DNA of 64,000 nt. Source: Candidatus Latescibacterota bacterium. GTDB lineage: Bacteria; Latescibacterota; UBA2968; UBA8231. Both the position numbers and the translations under genes were made by a program. The notes beneath the pieces were generated by a model. That model did not search any database, was not told the origin of the DNA, and worked only from the letters and a program-made list of their open reading frames with translations. Positions 29,189-39,627 of the stretch are shown one piece after another. The first letter of the stretch is position 1, and every line of letters begins with the position of its first letter. The DNA is taken from the NCBI GenBank assembly GCA_965204725.1, contig OZ242005.1, positions 384,001-448,000 of the forward strand, written 5' to 3'.

Positions 29189-31788
29189 TTAAATCCCCGC
29201 GTAAATGGCGATGAACGATTGGGTCTCGGTGCGCGATGGGGCGTCCTTGAAGTTCTTGCGCTCTAGCACCAGCCCGAGCACGGTCTGTAGCTTGTAGCCT
29301 TGGTAGGCCGATTCGTTCTTGAACTGAATGCCGCCGGTCAGCGCGGTGAAATCGTTGGCTTCGGCCTTGAAATCGTCAAAAATTAGGTACTCTAAGCCCA
29401 CTTGCAGCTTGGTGATCTCCAAGACATCGATGCCGGCCAACACCGAGAAGAGCTCGGCCAGCGTCGTCCGGCGCTCGTGCGTGAACAGATCGCGGCTCTG
29501 CTTGATGAACTCGCTCTTCCAGCGCGGCTCTAAATAGAGGGGACCGAGCGCGTGGCGGTAGTGGGCCTTGTTGATCAACCCCAAGAAAAAATCCGTCTCG
29601 GCCAGCCCCCACTGCTGCCGGCGCTCGGCGTCATGAGTTGGTGAAAAACCACGTAGTTGACCTTGCTCTGGAGGTTCAAGGAAAAGGCGCGCATCTGGTG
29701 GCCGAGGAAGAGCTGGTTGACCCAAGTGTCGCGGGCGAGGAGCGGATCGTCGATCTCGGTCAAGGTGCCGAGGCGCAGCGTGTTGTCGGGCGCCCACTGC
29801 AAGAGCGGGTCGGCGATGTCATCCTCCACGCGCTTGGTCATGCCGAAGAAGCGCAAATCGCCGTAGCGCACCCAGTTCCGGTCGAATCGCAGGAGTGCAT
29901 AGAGGCTGTGGTTTTGCTGGTTGGAAGAGATGCGGTGCTCGCGCAGGAGACCCGCGATGACCTTTAGCTGCGGAGCCAAGTGGGTGCCGACGTACGCGTT
30001 GTAGCCTTGGCGGTCGCGCTTGTAGGGGTAATCCGGCTCTTGGTCGTTTTCGTATTGGTCGGTCCAAAAGTTGTTGTTCATGTCAACGCCAAAGAGGAAT
30101 TCGGGGCGATCCACCGCAAAGCGCAGAAAAGGCTCTTCGTAGTCTGGGATCGAATTGGAGCGCACTCGGCTGTCGTTTTGGTTGATGTCGGGAACGAAGT
30201 CGTTGTTTTGGTCCCAGCCCGGAAAGACTTGGCGGTCGGGGAAGGCCCAGTCGGCGCGAAAGGCGTCTGGCACCCGGTCTTGGTCGTCGTTGTCCTCCAC
30301 CAGATCCAAGAGGCTGCGGTCGTTTTGATAGTCAATGCTGCCGTCGTCTCGGGTGACAAAGGTTTGGGTGTTGTAGCGCGGGTCGATGTGATAGGCTTCG
30401 CCGTAGAGGAAGAAGCGGGGCCACTGGCGCGACAGATTGAGCATATAGGCCGGGGCGCTGCGCGCGCCGACTATGCCGGCCGAGGTCTGGTGTTCTTCGA
30501 CGAGGATGTTGGGATATTTGCGGTAGTTCCAATTGAGGTCGTACTCGCCGTACAGGTCGAAGCCCATCACGTCGCTGGCCGTCACCGTCCCGCCGAGAAT
30601 GTGGGTCGCGGTCGGTAGCCCCGCCTCAAAGCTGATGACGCGCAAATTGGACAAATCCTCAATGTTGCCCGGCGCTTGCGTCACCAGCAGAAACACAGGC
30701 TCGCCCTCGCTGGTTTGCTGGTCCGAGGTCATCCAGACCTGATAGTCGTTGGCGACCACCAGCCGAAATTCCACTTTGACGATCTCGGTCTTGTCGGCCG
30801 CGGCGCGGTTGATGAACCGCGCGCTGTCAAAGTCGTAGCGCAGGCGAATTTCGTCGTTGCCGTTGGCCTCGATAAAGCCCGGGCTGGGCGCGCCGCCTTC
30901 CACCACCGGCTCAAAGCGGATCGCACGGCCCGAATCCACGCGGCCATCCCGATAGGTGATGAAAATGTCTGAGCCTGCCGGAAAGTACGCCGCGCCGCCC
31001 ACGCCGTCGTCGGGCGAATCGTCCCGCAGGGCGATTTCAATGCGGGAGATGGTCTGGTTCTGGCCTTGGGTCAGCGACCCGGTTATCCAGTTGCTCAACA
31101 GGGCCTCTTCCGAGAGGGAATTGGCTTGGTGGGCGTTGGCAGTGTGGACGCCGAGCTCCACGAAATCGCCGATTTGCACCTCAAAGCGTCCCCCGATCAG
31201 GGTCGTGGAATTGGTGCGGCGCAGCTCTTGATTGGTGATGCCGCGCGGGGCACTGGCCTGCGCGTAGAGGAACGTGCCCCGGTACTTGTCCATGGCAAAG
31301 TCGAGCTGCACGCCATCGAGGCGCGGCTTGGACAGCACCATGGGCGTCAGGGTGGTGCGGAGGTCGCTGCTAATGGTCAGCGCGTAGGCGTATTGCCCTT
31401 TTTGCTCGGAGGCCACGGCGACCTCAGAAAACCAGTTGCGGAAGCGCGGGGCCTCAAACAACACCGTGCCGAATTCCTCGGGATTGGCCTGCGATACATT
31501 GTATATCAGCCAGCCCTGATTGAGGAAGTTGCCAAAGGCGTCGTAGAAGTAATCCCCCTCAATATTGGCACTGACATACCGCTGATAGGGAGCGCGGGCG
31601 TAGTTGGTCGCGCTCCACTGCCGCCAGTGATGCTCGGCGACCAGCTCTTGGGGCACGTACCAGCGGCGCATAGCTGGCTCAAGGGCTTCCGCGCCCGGGG
31701 ACCGCCCGATTTGGGCTGCGGCCGCGCCGCCGCTGATGGCCCACAAAACGAGGGCGGCCTTGCAGATGTTTTTTGCCGTTCCTGCCAT
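29189..31788 (-). pseudogene. Frameshifted paralog of the 39628-42288 putative outer-membrane protein
   Basis: Track ORFs 29575-31788 and 29189-29797 align consecutively to the 886-aa paralog; 1-nt loss near 29632 (ATGAC where ATG GAC restores the frame). Confidence 0.8.
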
Positions 31789-31795
31789 GACTCGC

Positions 31796-33814
31796 TCAGT
31801 AGGCCACCGCTACGGTGCCGACGGCGGCGGAAAGGCCCTTGTCGGTGGTTAGATCCACTTGGTAGAGGTACACGCCCGGGGCGACGAGGCCGCCCTCGGT
31901 GCGCCGACCGTCCCAAACCGCCGCAAAGCTGCCGCTAACGGCGGGCGTGGAGATGACCTCGCGCACCAGCCGACCGGATACGTCGAAGATCCGCAACGCA
32001 ATCTGGCGCGGCGCGCCGATGTTGCGCAGATCGTACGAAATCGTGGTTTGATCGTTGATCCCGTCGCCATTGGGCGTCAGCGTCGCCGGATGGGCCAAGA
32101 CCTTCCGCACGAGTTCGCCGCCTACGGGCGTGCGCACCGATAGGGCGTCGCCGGCAAAGCGGAACGTCGAGTTGCCGGGCCGCACTTGCTGCTTGAGCTC
32201 GGGCTCGGCGCTGTCGTACACCCAGCCGGTAAATTCCGCGCCAAAGCGCAGCACCTTGGCGTCGAAGACGACCTCAATGCGGCGCTCGTTGTCACGCGGC
32301 GCGACAAACGGCTCAAAGCCAATGACGACCCGGTCTTCCTCTATCGTGGGCGGGAAGCGGTCGATGATTTCCCGGCCATCAATCGCGACCGAATGCACGG
32401 CTTCGGCCGGGACTTGGGTAAAGATCTCCAGCCGGTCGAAGCCCCGGTCGCCGTCTTCGAGGATGGGCCGCACCACATAGGTAAAGGTCTGCGGCTCAAA
32501 GCCCTCGGTCTCAACCGGCCAGATCTCAGCGATCACGCTTTGGGCTGCGGGGTTTTCGGCCAACAGCAGGGCTAGCTCGTCGATGCGCGGCGCTTGGTCC
32601 CCGTCTGAAAACATGACCACCTCTAGCTGCAAGTAGCGGCTGGGACCCGGCGAAAGCAGGGGCGTTCCGTCCTCCCAACCCGCAGCCTCTAAGTCGCGCC
32701 GGCCGGCCGCAAAGTCGTAGGGCGTCGACCAGAAGCTCCAGTTTTCCACGTCGTAGGTCTTTTGGATCTGGTCGAACCGACCCACTTGGTAGGTCGTGGT
32801 GTACTCGTCTTTGGACACCCGTTCAAAACTGCCGGTGCTGCCGATTTTCCAAAACAGATTGGGCTGAGGAGTGGTGCCGGTGCGCGTACGCAACACCAGC
32901 CGAGTGCCAGCGGGCACCTCGCCCTGCCAGCGAATTTTGCTCCAAGCCACCGGGCGGCCAAAGTCCAACACGCCGGTGCGATAGGAGGTCTTGGTGACGA
33001 AGCCTTCGCCGTACACCTCCATTTCGGCGATCTCCCAAGTGCGCTCGGGGTTGATCGGGCGAATGGCTACCCAGCGCAAGTCGCGGGTGAGAAAGCGCAA
33101 ATCCACGACGTGGTCGAGGTTTTCGACGTTGCGCTCTAGGATGTCGAATTCCGGGTCGTTGGTCGAGGAGAGCGAGCGGGTGATGTCGTGATACCAGCGC
33201 TTGCCCGGGGCGCGCTCTTGGGGCGAGGACATAAAAGGCGCGGAATTGTCGGCCACGCCGATTTCGTACCAAGCCAAGTAGTTTTCCTCAAAGCCCGGGC
33301 GCGGATAGAAGCGGATGCGGTTGACCGGCATCTCGGCCCCGAGGTTGACGACCGTATTCTTTACGTAGCCGATATTGAGGCCAGCCAATCGCGGCGAAAT
33401 ATCGACCTGCCGCAAGGTCGCCGTGTCTGAGTCGCCGTCGATCATCACTTGCACCTCTTTGGCCGCCTCGCGGGTATAGCCGACCGAGACGCTCGTGTAG
33501 AGGTTGCCGCCGCGCTCGGCCAAGTTCGCGTCCAACGCGAGGTTGACCGACGGATCGATCCATATTGGCCGGATGGCGTTGTCGTCGTAGGCGATCATGG
33601 TATCGGCCCCCGCTTCCTCCGCGCCAACGGCGATGGGCAGCGCACCCAAAACCGCACCTTGGTCGTCAACGAGGTTATACTCGGCCTGCTCATCGGCGAT
33701 CAGCCCCTGCCAAGAAGCCCCGGTCGGCCCGCCGATGTGAAACTCGGCCCGGCCCCAAGCCGCGCTGGCGCAACAAGCGGCGAGCACTCCGTTCAACAAC
33801 ATTCGCTTTAACAT
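31796..33814 (-). CDS. Secreted protein with FlgD-Ig/gliding-motility-type C-terminal domain
   Basis: Signal peptide, discoidin-like segment, TPNGDGIND...IFDVSGRLV...WDG...PGVYLY...VAVAY; SD AGAGGAG before ATG 33814. Confidence 0.8.
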   Translation of the reverse strand: MLKRMLLNGVLAACCASAAWGRAEFHIGGPTGASWQGLIADEQAEYNLVDDQGAVLGALPIAVGAEEAGADTMIAYDDNAIRPIWIDPSVNLALDANLAERGGNLYTSVSVGYTREAAKEVQVMIDGDSDTATLRQVDISPRLAGLNIGYVKNTVVNLGAEMPVNRIRFYPRPGFEENYLAWYEIGVADNSAPFMSSPQERAPGKRWYHDITRSLSSTNDPEFDILERNVENLDHVVDLRFLTRDLRWVAIRPINPERTWEIAEMEVYGEGFVTKTSYRTGVLDFGRPVAWSKIRWQGEVPAGTRLVLRTRTGTTPQPNLFWKIGSTGSFERVSKDEYTTTYQVGRFDQIQKTYDVENWSFWSTPYDFAAGRRDLEAAGWEDGTPLLSPGPSRYLQLEVVMFSDGDQAPRIDELALLLAENPAAQSVIAEIWPVETEGFEPQTFTYVVRPILEDGDRGFDRLEIFTQVPAEAVHSVAIDGREIIDRFPPTIEEDRVVIGFEPFVAPRDNERRIEVVFDAKVLRFGAEFTGWVYDSAEPELKQQVRPGNSTFRFAGDALSVRTPVGGELVRKVLAHPATLTPNGDGINDQTTISYDLRNIGAPRQIALRIFDVSGRLVREVISTPAVSGSFAAVWDGRRTEGGLVAPGVYLYQVDLTTDKGLSAAVGTVAVAY

Positions 33815-33851
33815 AATCGCATTCTCCTCTTTCAATAGTACCTATTGCTAC

Positions 33852-34628
33852 TTACGCCCTAATTCCCGCGGCCTTATACGATCCCGACACATCGGAAACC
33901 ATCTCGAAATCAAAGCCGAGTTGGCCGATCTGTTGCTTCAACCTGTTGTCGGCAGCCGCAAAGTAGTCTTTGTCAATTTCAACACCCATAAACTCCCTTC
34001 CTAGATTTAACGCAGCAACTCCTGTTGAACCCACTCCCATGAATGGGTCGAATACGAGGTCGTCGGGTTTTGATGCTAGTTGTATGATGTGTTCCAAAAC
34101 CTTCACGGGCTTCTGCGTCGGATGTTTGGGATTTTTTAAGCGCTCGGCTCCCATACAGATAGGTGTTTCAATGAAGTTGTGCATTTCGTTTTGCTTAGTA
34201 AAATTCCAAGTATGGTTTTTGTTCCACATGCAGACAATCAGTTCGCAACTGTTGAGGAAGCCGGCACGTCGAACCTTCGGTGGCGGATTGGTCTTATGCC
34301 AGACCATGAATTGAAACGTGTTGAACTCAGGATCAAACGCTTCGTGCCATTTGCCGAGTAGATTGTAACTCGTGAAGGCAAAAATGTTTCCCGTAGGTGC
34401 TAGTATTCGCTTGAATTCTTCAACCCAATCGCTCGGTACAAATTCTTTTTTATCCCATTGCGCCAAGTCGTTGTTAAAATCCTCGCGCCAAGAAAATTTT
34501 ATGTTCCCAGTAGAGTAAGGACTCAAATTATAGGGCGGATCGGTCAGTATCAAATCTACGGAGTTATCGGGAATGTATTTGATATAATCGTAACTGTCCG
34601 CCCAATGGGTCCAACAATTCTTTTTCAC
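33852..34628 (-). CDS. Site-specific DNA methyltransferase (N4/N6, beta class)
   Basis: DLILTDPPY, HPTQKP, DPFMGVGST. Confidence 0.93.
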   Translation of the reverse strand: MKKNCWTHWADSYDYIKYIPDNSVDLILTDPPYNLSPYSTGNIKFSWREDFNNDLAQWDKKEFVPSDWVEEFKRILAPTGNIFAFTSYNLLGKWHEAFDPEFNTFQFMVWHKTNPPPKVRRAGFLNSCELIVCMWNKNHTWNFTKQNEMHNFIETPICMGAERLKNPKHPTQKPVKVLEHIIQLASKPDDLVFDPFMGVGSTGVAALNLGREFMGVEIDKDYFAAADNRLKQQIGQLGFDFEMVSDVSGSYKAAGIRA

Positions 34629-35440
34629 GGATGACCTCCTAGATAGGTGTTCTTGATGGAGTCCAACGCCTTGCTAATGTGAGATGCGCTGGAGCGATAC
34701 GCTTCCACAACCCAATCGTACCCTGAGCAATCTTGACAAATGAAGTTCCAAAAATCTCGTCCAATCAATAATTCATCGTCTGCGAAGAATTGTCGCACAC
34801 GCTGTTGTTGCCAAGGCTTTCCCTCACCAAATCGGTTATAGGCGGTAGCAAAAAATACTTGTATTTTATAGTCAGATGGCAGTGTGTTAGAAAGGATCGA
34901 AAACTGCTCTAGAATGGCCTCTTTCTCTGACCGAGCTTTCTTGTTGTCCAAATCACCGCCAATTTTTAACTCAATGAGGTAATGACTGTTTGTTTCGGTA
35001 TCAATCAGATAATAGTCTGAGCTGTGTCGTCTTGTATTCTGTGCGACAACATCTGAATTTCTTAGAACTTGGTAGTCTCGGACGCTAGGCGTCCTTTCCC
35101 GGCTCTTGTACAATTCCAAGAGTTTGGCGATTATTCTGGTCTGATCATCACTGAGCGGTCCTTCTACATTTCGACTAACTTCAAAAGAAAATTTGGCTAT
35201 GCTTATCGCTAGATCCTCAATCATGTTTCCAAGTGAACTATCTAAGGAACGGACGAGCGAAGCATAATACTGAATATCTGTACCGAGTGCCTCAATGAAT
35301 ACATTATGAACTTTCATGTTGATAACGCCGTTTGGATCATCAACCTCGCTTTCGTGGCGGCACCTAAAGCCTGTGGCGTAGTTTTTGACCGCCGATTCGA
35401 CTAATACTTGGATTGCCTTCTTTTTTGTAATGTTTTCCAT
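34625..35440 (-). CDS. Type II restriction endonuclease, TdeIII-like family
   Basis: RSLDSSLG, PD-(D/E)xK-type SDYY...IELKIGGDLD, FATAYN, LLIGRDFWNFI; overlaps the MTase start; low GC. Real start is ATG 35440 (the track extension reads through the MITE). Confidence 0.8.
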   Translation of the reverse strand: MENITKKKAIQVLVESAVKNYATGFRCRHESEVDDPNGVINMKVHNVFIEALGTDIQYYASLVRSLDSSLGNMIEDLAISIAKFSFEVSRNVEGPLSDDQTRIIAKLLELYKSRERTPSVRDYQVLRNSDVVAQNTRRHSSDYYLIDTETNSHYLIELKIGGDLDNKKARSEKEAILEQFSILSNTLPSDYKIQVFFATAYNRFGEGKPWQQQRVRQFFADDELLIGRDFWNFICQDCSGYDWVVEAYRSSASHISKALDSIKNTYLGGHP

Positions 35441-35461
35441 GACATCGATCCAAATCATTAA

Positions 35462-35596
35462 GAGGCTGTCTGAAAACTCTGGTGGTCGTCCTTTGCGTCT
35501 AAACGATCCCGTCTGGATTCCCGCTTTCGCGGGAATGACGGATCCTGTCTCTACGGCGTGTTCAACAGGACCCAAGGTGGGTCTTCAGACAGCCTC
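35462..35596. mobile_element. 135-bp MITE with terminal inverted repeats and TAA target duplication
   Basis: TAA|GAGGCTGTCTGAAAAC ... GTCTTCAGACAGCCTC|TAA; contains a family-A palindrome at ~35513-35540. Confidence 0.85.
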
Positions 35597-35617
35597 TAAA
35601 GAGATTTACCCATAAAG

Positions 35618-37687
35618 CTAATAGGCCACGCCGACGGTGCGCGTACTCGCGCTGGCCCTCGCATCGCCTTCGATATTGAGTTGGACTAGATAGAGGCCCG
35701 GGGCCACGTTCTCGCCCCGATTGTCGGTCCCGTCCCACCGCAGTTGAGGCAGGTCTTCCGAGCCATACACGCCGCTCTGCCCTTCGATGTTGAAGAGGCG
35801 GCGCACCCGGCGGCCCCCTAAGTCGTATATGTCAACCGCAATTTGGGCCCCCCCGCCGACGGCGAGGACCTCGCACTCCATGTCCAAGACGTCGTTGACG
35901 CCGTCGCCATTGGGCGTGATAACGGGCGCGGCGAGGTCAAAGCTGCCCACGAGGCTGCCGCTGTTGACGGCCGGGCTTAAGACGATAGTCCCCGACTTAA
36001 ACGAGATGTCTCCTTCGTCTAGCGCGGTGGCGTCGCCCGCTTGGACGCCCTGAAAGGCGTCTTCCTGCAACAGCAATCCCCGGCCCTCAAAGGCCGTGCT
36101 GTACGAGAGGATGCGGCTGACGAAGTGGATCTTCAACACGGTGTTGTGCGCCGCCACTCGCGGGAAGCGCACCGCAAAGCTATGCTCCGCGATTTCGGTG
36201 ATCGCCACGTCGCCCTCGTCGGCAACCGCGTCTTGCACGGCAAAGTCGTGCGCTAGGACGAACTCGCCCTGCGCGTCAATGATTTCAATGCGCTCAATGC
36301 GATCGATGCGGCTGCCGGTGACCAACTCAAACCCGTCAAAGCCCTGCAAATCCCCGCTCTCCATCTCAGCGCGCACGGCATAGACAAAGGGAATATCCGC
36401 GGCCGCGAGCACCTCGCGCGGAAAGACTTCGCCGACGAGCGCATCGGCCAACGGCGGCGTTGTGAAGTCAAAGGAAAACTGCCGCAGGATTTTGGCCGCC
36501 TCTAGGTCGTCGGACAGAAAGTCAACCCGGAACTGAAAGTAGCGGCGCGGCCCGGGCGAGAGCACCAACGCGCCCTCGCGGCTGGTGCCCGCGGCTGGAT
36601 TATAGGGCGACGTCCACGGGCTCCAATGGGCCAAATCGTCGCGCACCGCGCCGCGTTCCCACACATCGCTGGGGCCGCCCCGCGCCGGCAGGTCGAGGTA
36701 CTCGTCGCGCAAGAGCGGCTCGTCGAGGTTATCGACCGAGAGCGCGATCTCCTCGGCGTCTTGACGCCCCACGCGCTTGCGCGTATAGGCAAAGGGCGAC
36801 GGGTCGCGGCCGCTGCGGGTGCGGATGTGCATCTGCACGGCGCTCGCCTGCCCAACCGTCTCCTCCAGCCAGCGCAAGCGCCCCCAGTTGGCCGGAGTGC
36901 CCATGTCGATGATCGGGGAAATGTACTGCACGGTGGGGAAAAACCCCTCGCCAAAGACTTGGAATTTCTCCACTTCAAAGGGGATGGCCGAGGCGGCGCG
37001 CAGGCGGATGAAGCGCAAAAAGCGCGGCGGGTTGATCGCTATGACAGAGACCGGGTCGGTGTTGTTGGTCCGCACCGCAAAGGTCTCCCAGATCGGGTTG
37101 CCGGCCTCGGTCAACACTTGGCCATCGTTGACATGGACCTCGAAGTTTTTGAGAAAATCTTCCTGAAAGGGCGTCGAGGGCGACGGAAAGACCGTATTGC
37201 GCGGGAAGAAGCGAATCTGGTTGACGCCAAAGCGCGCCCCCAAATCCAGCACCAGCAACGTGCCGTGGACATCGCGCCCCTTGCGCTCAAAGGCGATGCC
37301 CGTGGGATCGGGCGACACGATCTGCGCGAGGATGTTTTGTAGCTGGGACTCAGGGAGGTCGAAAACGGTCGGAGCGCGGATGCTGCCGCCGCGCTCGGCG
37401 ATTTCAGCGGCGAGGTTCTGGCCCTCTTGGACGCGGCGAGGCAGGATGCTAGCGGGAAAATCCGCGTTGGCAAAATCGACGAGATTAACCGGCGCGACGC
37501 CGAGCTCGGTGATGTTGGGATCCAACGTGGAGCGGTACTCCGGCTCAATGGTTTGCACGGCGGCCCCGGCCTCCACCGCCCCCTCCCAGCTAATCTGGCC
37601 GTCCTGGCCGATGGTCAATTGTTGACGCCCTTGCGAGTCGCCGCTGTGCAAAAGCACCATCACCCCGATCAGAGCAAGTACTTTCAT
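35618..37687 (-). CDS. Secreted protein with FlgD-Ig C-terminal domain (paralog)
   Basis: Signal peptide, LDLGARFGVNQIRFFPR, IRTRSG, WSPW, SPGPRRYFQ, TPNGDGVND, ends VGVAY. Confidence 0.8.
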   Translation of the reverse strand: MKVLALIGVMVLLHSGDSQGRQQLTIGQDGQISWEGAVEAGAAVQTIEPEYRSTLDPNITELGVAPVNLVDFANADFPASILPRRVQEGQNLAAEIAERGGSIRAPTVFDLPESQLQNILAQIVSPDPTGIAFERKGRDVHGTLLVLDLGARFGVNQIRFFPRNTVFPSPSTPFQEDFLKNFEVHVNDGQVLTEAGNPIWETFAVRTNNTDPVSVIAINPPRFLRFIRLRAASAIPFEVEKFQVFGEGFFPTVQYISPIIDMGTPANWGRLRWLEETVGQASAVQMHIRTRSGRDPSPFAYTRKRVGRQDAEEIALSVDNLDEPLLRDEYLDLPARGGPSDVWERGAVRDDLAHWSPWTSPYNPAAGTSREGALVLSPGPRRYFQFRVDFLSDDLEAAKILRQFSFDFTTPPLADALVGEVFPREVLAAADIPFVYAVRAEMESGDLQGFDGFELVTGSRIDRIERIEIIDAQGEFVLAHDFAVQDAVADEGDVAITEIAEHSFAVRFPRVAAHNTVLKIHFVSRILSYSTAFEGRGLLLQEDAFQGVQAGDATALDEGDISFKSGTIVLSPAVNSGSLVGSFDLAAPVITPNGDGVNDVLDMECEVLAVGGGAQIAVDIYDLGGRRVRRLFNIEGQSGVYGSEDLPQLRWDGTDNRGENVAPGLYLVQLNIEGDARASASTRTVGVAY

Positions 37688-39624
37688 AAGTTTTCCCCGA
37701 GAATTTTTTTCGCCAGAGCCTTCTGCTCGGCCTCGACCCGCTGCTGGAGTTGGGCGCGCCGCCTTTCCCGCTGATAGCGCTCCTCGGCGGCCCGCGCTTC
37801 AGCGGTCTGTCCCAACTCGCGATACGCCCGGCTCAAGTGGCCTTGGACCCGCCAGTCGTGCGGCGCGAGTTCGGCGAGGCGTAGCCAATGGGTTAGGGCC
37901 TCGCCGGGCCGCCCCTGCGCTAAGAGCACCTCCCCGAGCAGCAGCAACCCCGTGCGATGGTCTGGCGTGTGCGCCAAGGCTTGCACTAGCAGCGGCTCGG
38001 CCGCCGCGAGCTGGCCGTTGTGCCGCAAGAGCGCGGCCGCTTCCACCCGCGCCTCAACGCCATAAGCCGGGCTGTCCAAGAGCTGGCGATAGGTGCGCTC
38101 GGCGTCGGCGGCCCGGCCGGTCGCCGCGTACGCACGCGCCAGTTGGTAGCGCACCCGACTGCTATCCGGGCGCGACGCAAGCAGCCGCCGGTAAGATTGC
38201 ACGGCCTCGTCGCGGGCACCGCTGGTCAGTTGCGCGTCCCCCAAGCGTCCGAGCAAAGCCTCCTGCCCGCCCGCGACGAGCTCTTGGTAGATCGGGCGGG
38301 CTTGCTGGGGCCGGCCCAGCACCATGTAGCGGTCGCCGAGGGCGCGTTGCCCGCGCTCATCGGTCGGCCAGCGCGCGACATACTGCCGACTAATCCCCAA
38401 GGCGCGCTCGGGTTTGCCGCTGGCGTCGTACAGCCCCGCCAAGGCCCAATACACATCCTGATCGGGGCTGCCCGCGGTCACGGCCTGTTCGTACGCGGCA
38501 ATCGCCGTGGCCGTCATGCCCAACGCCCGATAGGCATGCCCCAAAGAGCGGTGCTGCGCCGCTTGCGCCGCCCGGTCCATAACGGGCGTACTAGCGTTGA
38601 CCCAAGCTGCGACGAGGACCAAGCCCGCCACGGCGACCCCACGCCTCGCCCAAGACAACGGCACCAGTTGCCCGGCCCCGCGCACGGCAAAGAGCAAGAG
38701 CGCGGGGACCAGCACCATGCGCGTCTCGGCCTGAGCACCGTAGAGCACCGTCCCGAGCGCACCGGTGGCGACCAACAGCAACGCGAGCACCATACCCCGC
38801 TCTCGGGCCGCCAAGGCCAGCACCACGCCCAAGAGCGCGAGCGGCAGCACCACGCCAAAGGGAAACGCAAGGCCCCATTTCCACAACAGGGCCGCCAAGA
38901 CGGCTGAATCGCCCCGCCCGTGGTACATATCCAGCGCGGGCAAGTGTTCCCCACCGCGCACGAGGAGGTCGGGCGAGCCGCCCGCATGGGTCGCCACCCC
39001 GAGAAAATGCCCCAACGCCAGCGCACCAGCCGTTCCCAAGGCACAGGCCCAACCCGCCCGTTGCCGGCCGCCGACCCACAGCCACCCCAACGCGACCGGC
39101 GCGAAGAGCGCGACCTGCGGTGCAGCCAGCAAGCAGAGCATCAGCAAAAGCCCCACCCCTAACGACGCTTTCCCACCGCCTTGCTGGTCGACCCACAACA
39201 GCGTCGCCCACAGCGCGAGCACCAGAAACACCGCGATGACCGGAGGCAATAAAGCCCCGGTGAAATAGATGGCCGGCCCGTACAGGGCCATGCCCACCGC
39301 GGCGATGAGGCCCGTGCCCGGCCCCCAAAGCGCACGGCCGATTAGGGCCACGAGCACGCAACTCGCCGCGCCTAGCAGGACTTGGACGTATCGGGGCGCC
39401 AGCCCAGCGGCGACGAGGCCGCGCAAAAAGAGCGGGTACAAGGGGCTGGCAACCGCTGCGCCGTGCTCCCCCCGAGCGGCTTCGATATAGGGCTGGCTCG
39501 CCGCGGTCGGCACTTCCCAGAAGGGGGTTTGCTCGACCTCGCTTAGATAGGTCAGGCGCGGCCAAAGGGCCATGAACGCGATGCCGATGACGGCTGCGCC
39601 GAAGTTGTCGTCGCGCCAAATCAC
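37684..39624 (-). CDS. Polytopic membrane protein (GT-C/ArnT-like N-half) with C-terminal TPR repeats
   Basis: About 10 hydrophobic segments, PLYPLFL motif, multiple TPR-like helices (LGHAY...AIAAYEQA). Confidence 0.7.
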   Translation of the reverse strand: MIWRDDNFGAAVIGIAFMALWPRLTYLSEVEQTPFWEVPTAASQPYIEAARGEHGAAVASPLYPLFLRGLVAAGLAPRYVQVLLGAASCVLVALIGRALWGPGTGLIAAVGMALYGPAIYFTGALLPPVIAVFLVLALWATLLWVDQQGGGKASLGVGLLLMLCLLAAPQVALFAPVALGWLWVGGRQRAGWACALGTAGALALGHFLGVATHAGGSPDLLVRGGEHLPALDMYHGRGDSAVLAALLWKWGLAFPFGVVLPLALLGVVLALAARERGMVLALLLVATGALGTVLYGAQAETRMVLVPALLLFAVRGAGQLVPLSWARRGVAVAGLVLVAAWVNASTPVMDRAAQAAQHRSLGHAYRALGMTATAIAAYEQAVTAGSPDQDVYWALAGLYDASGKPERALGISRQYVARWPTDERGQRALGDRYMVLGRPQQARPIYQELVAGGQEALLGRLGDAQLTSGARDEAVQSYRRLLASRPDSSRVRYQLARAYAATGRAADAERTYRQLLDSPAYGVEARVEAAALLRHNGQLAAAEPLLVQALAHTPDHRTGLLLLGEVLLAQGRPGEALTHWLRLAELAPHDWRVQGHLSRAYRELGQTAEARAAEERYQRERRRAQLQQRVEAEQKALAKKILGENL

Positions 39625-39627
39625 GCG

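Noticed and set aside
33852-35440. Local R-M system as the cause of the CCWGG depletion
   Set aside because: The MTase is an amino (N4/N6) type and looks recently acquired, while the C-to-T pattern points to a 5mC enzyme; its specificity is unknown
35441-35575. N-terminal extension of the restriction enzyme (VIPAKAGIQ)
   Set aside because: Read-through of the MITE/palindrome; not supported as coding
38591-39619. 342-aa Arg/Gly-rich minus-strand ORF
   Set aside because: Alternative frame of the 37684-39624 gene; composition typical of GC-rich shadow ORFs
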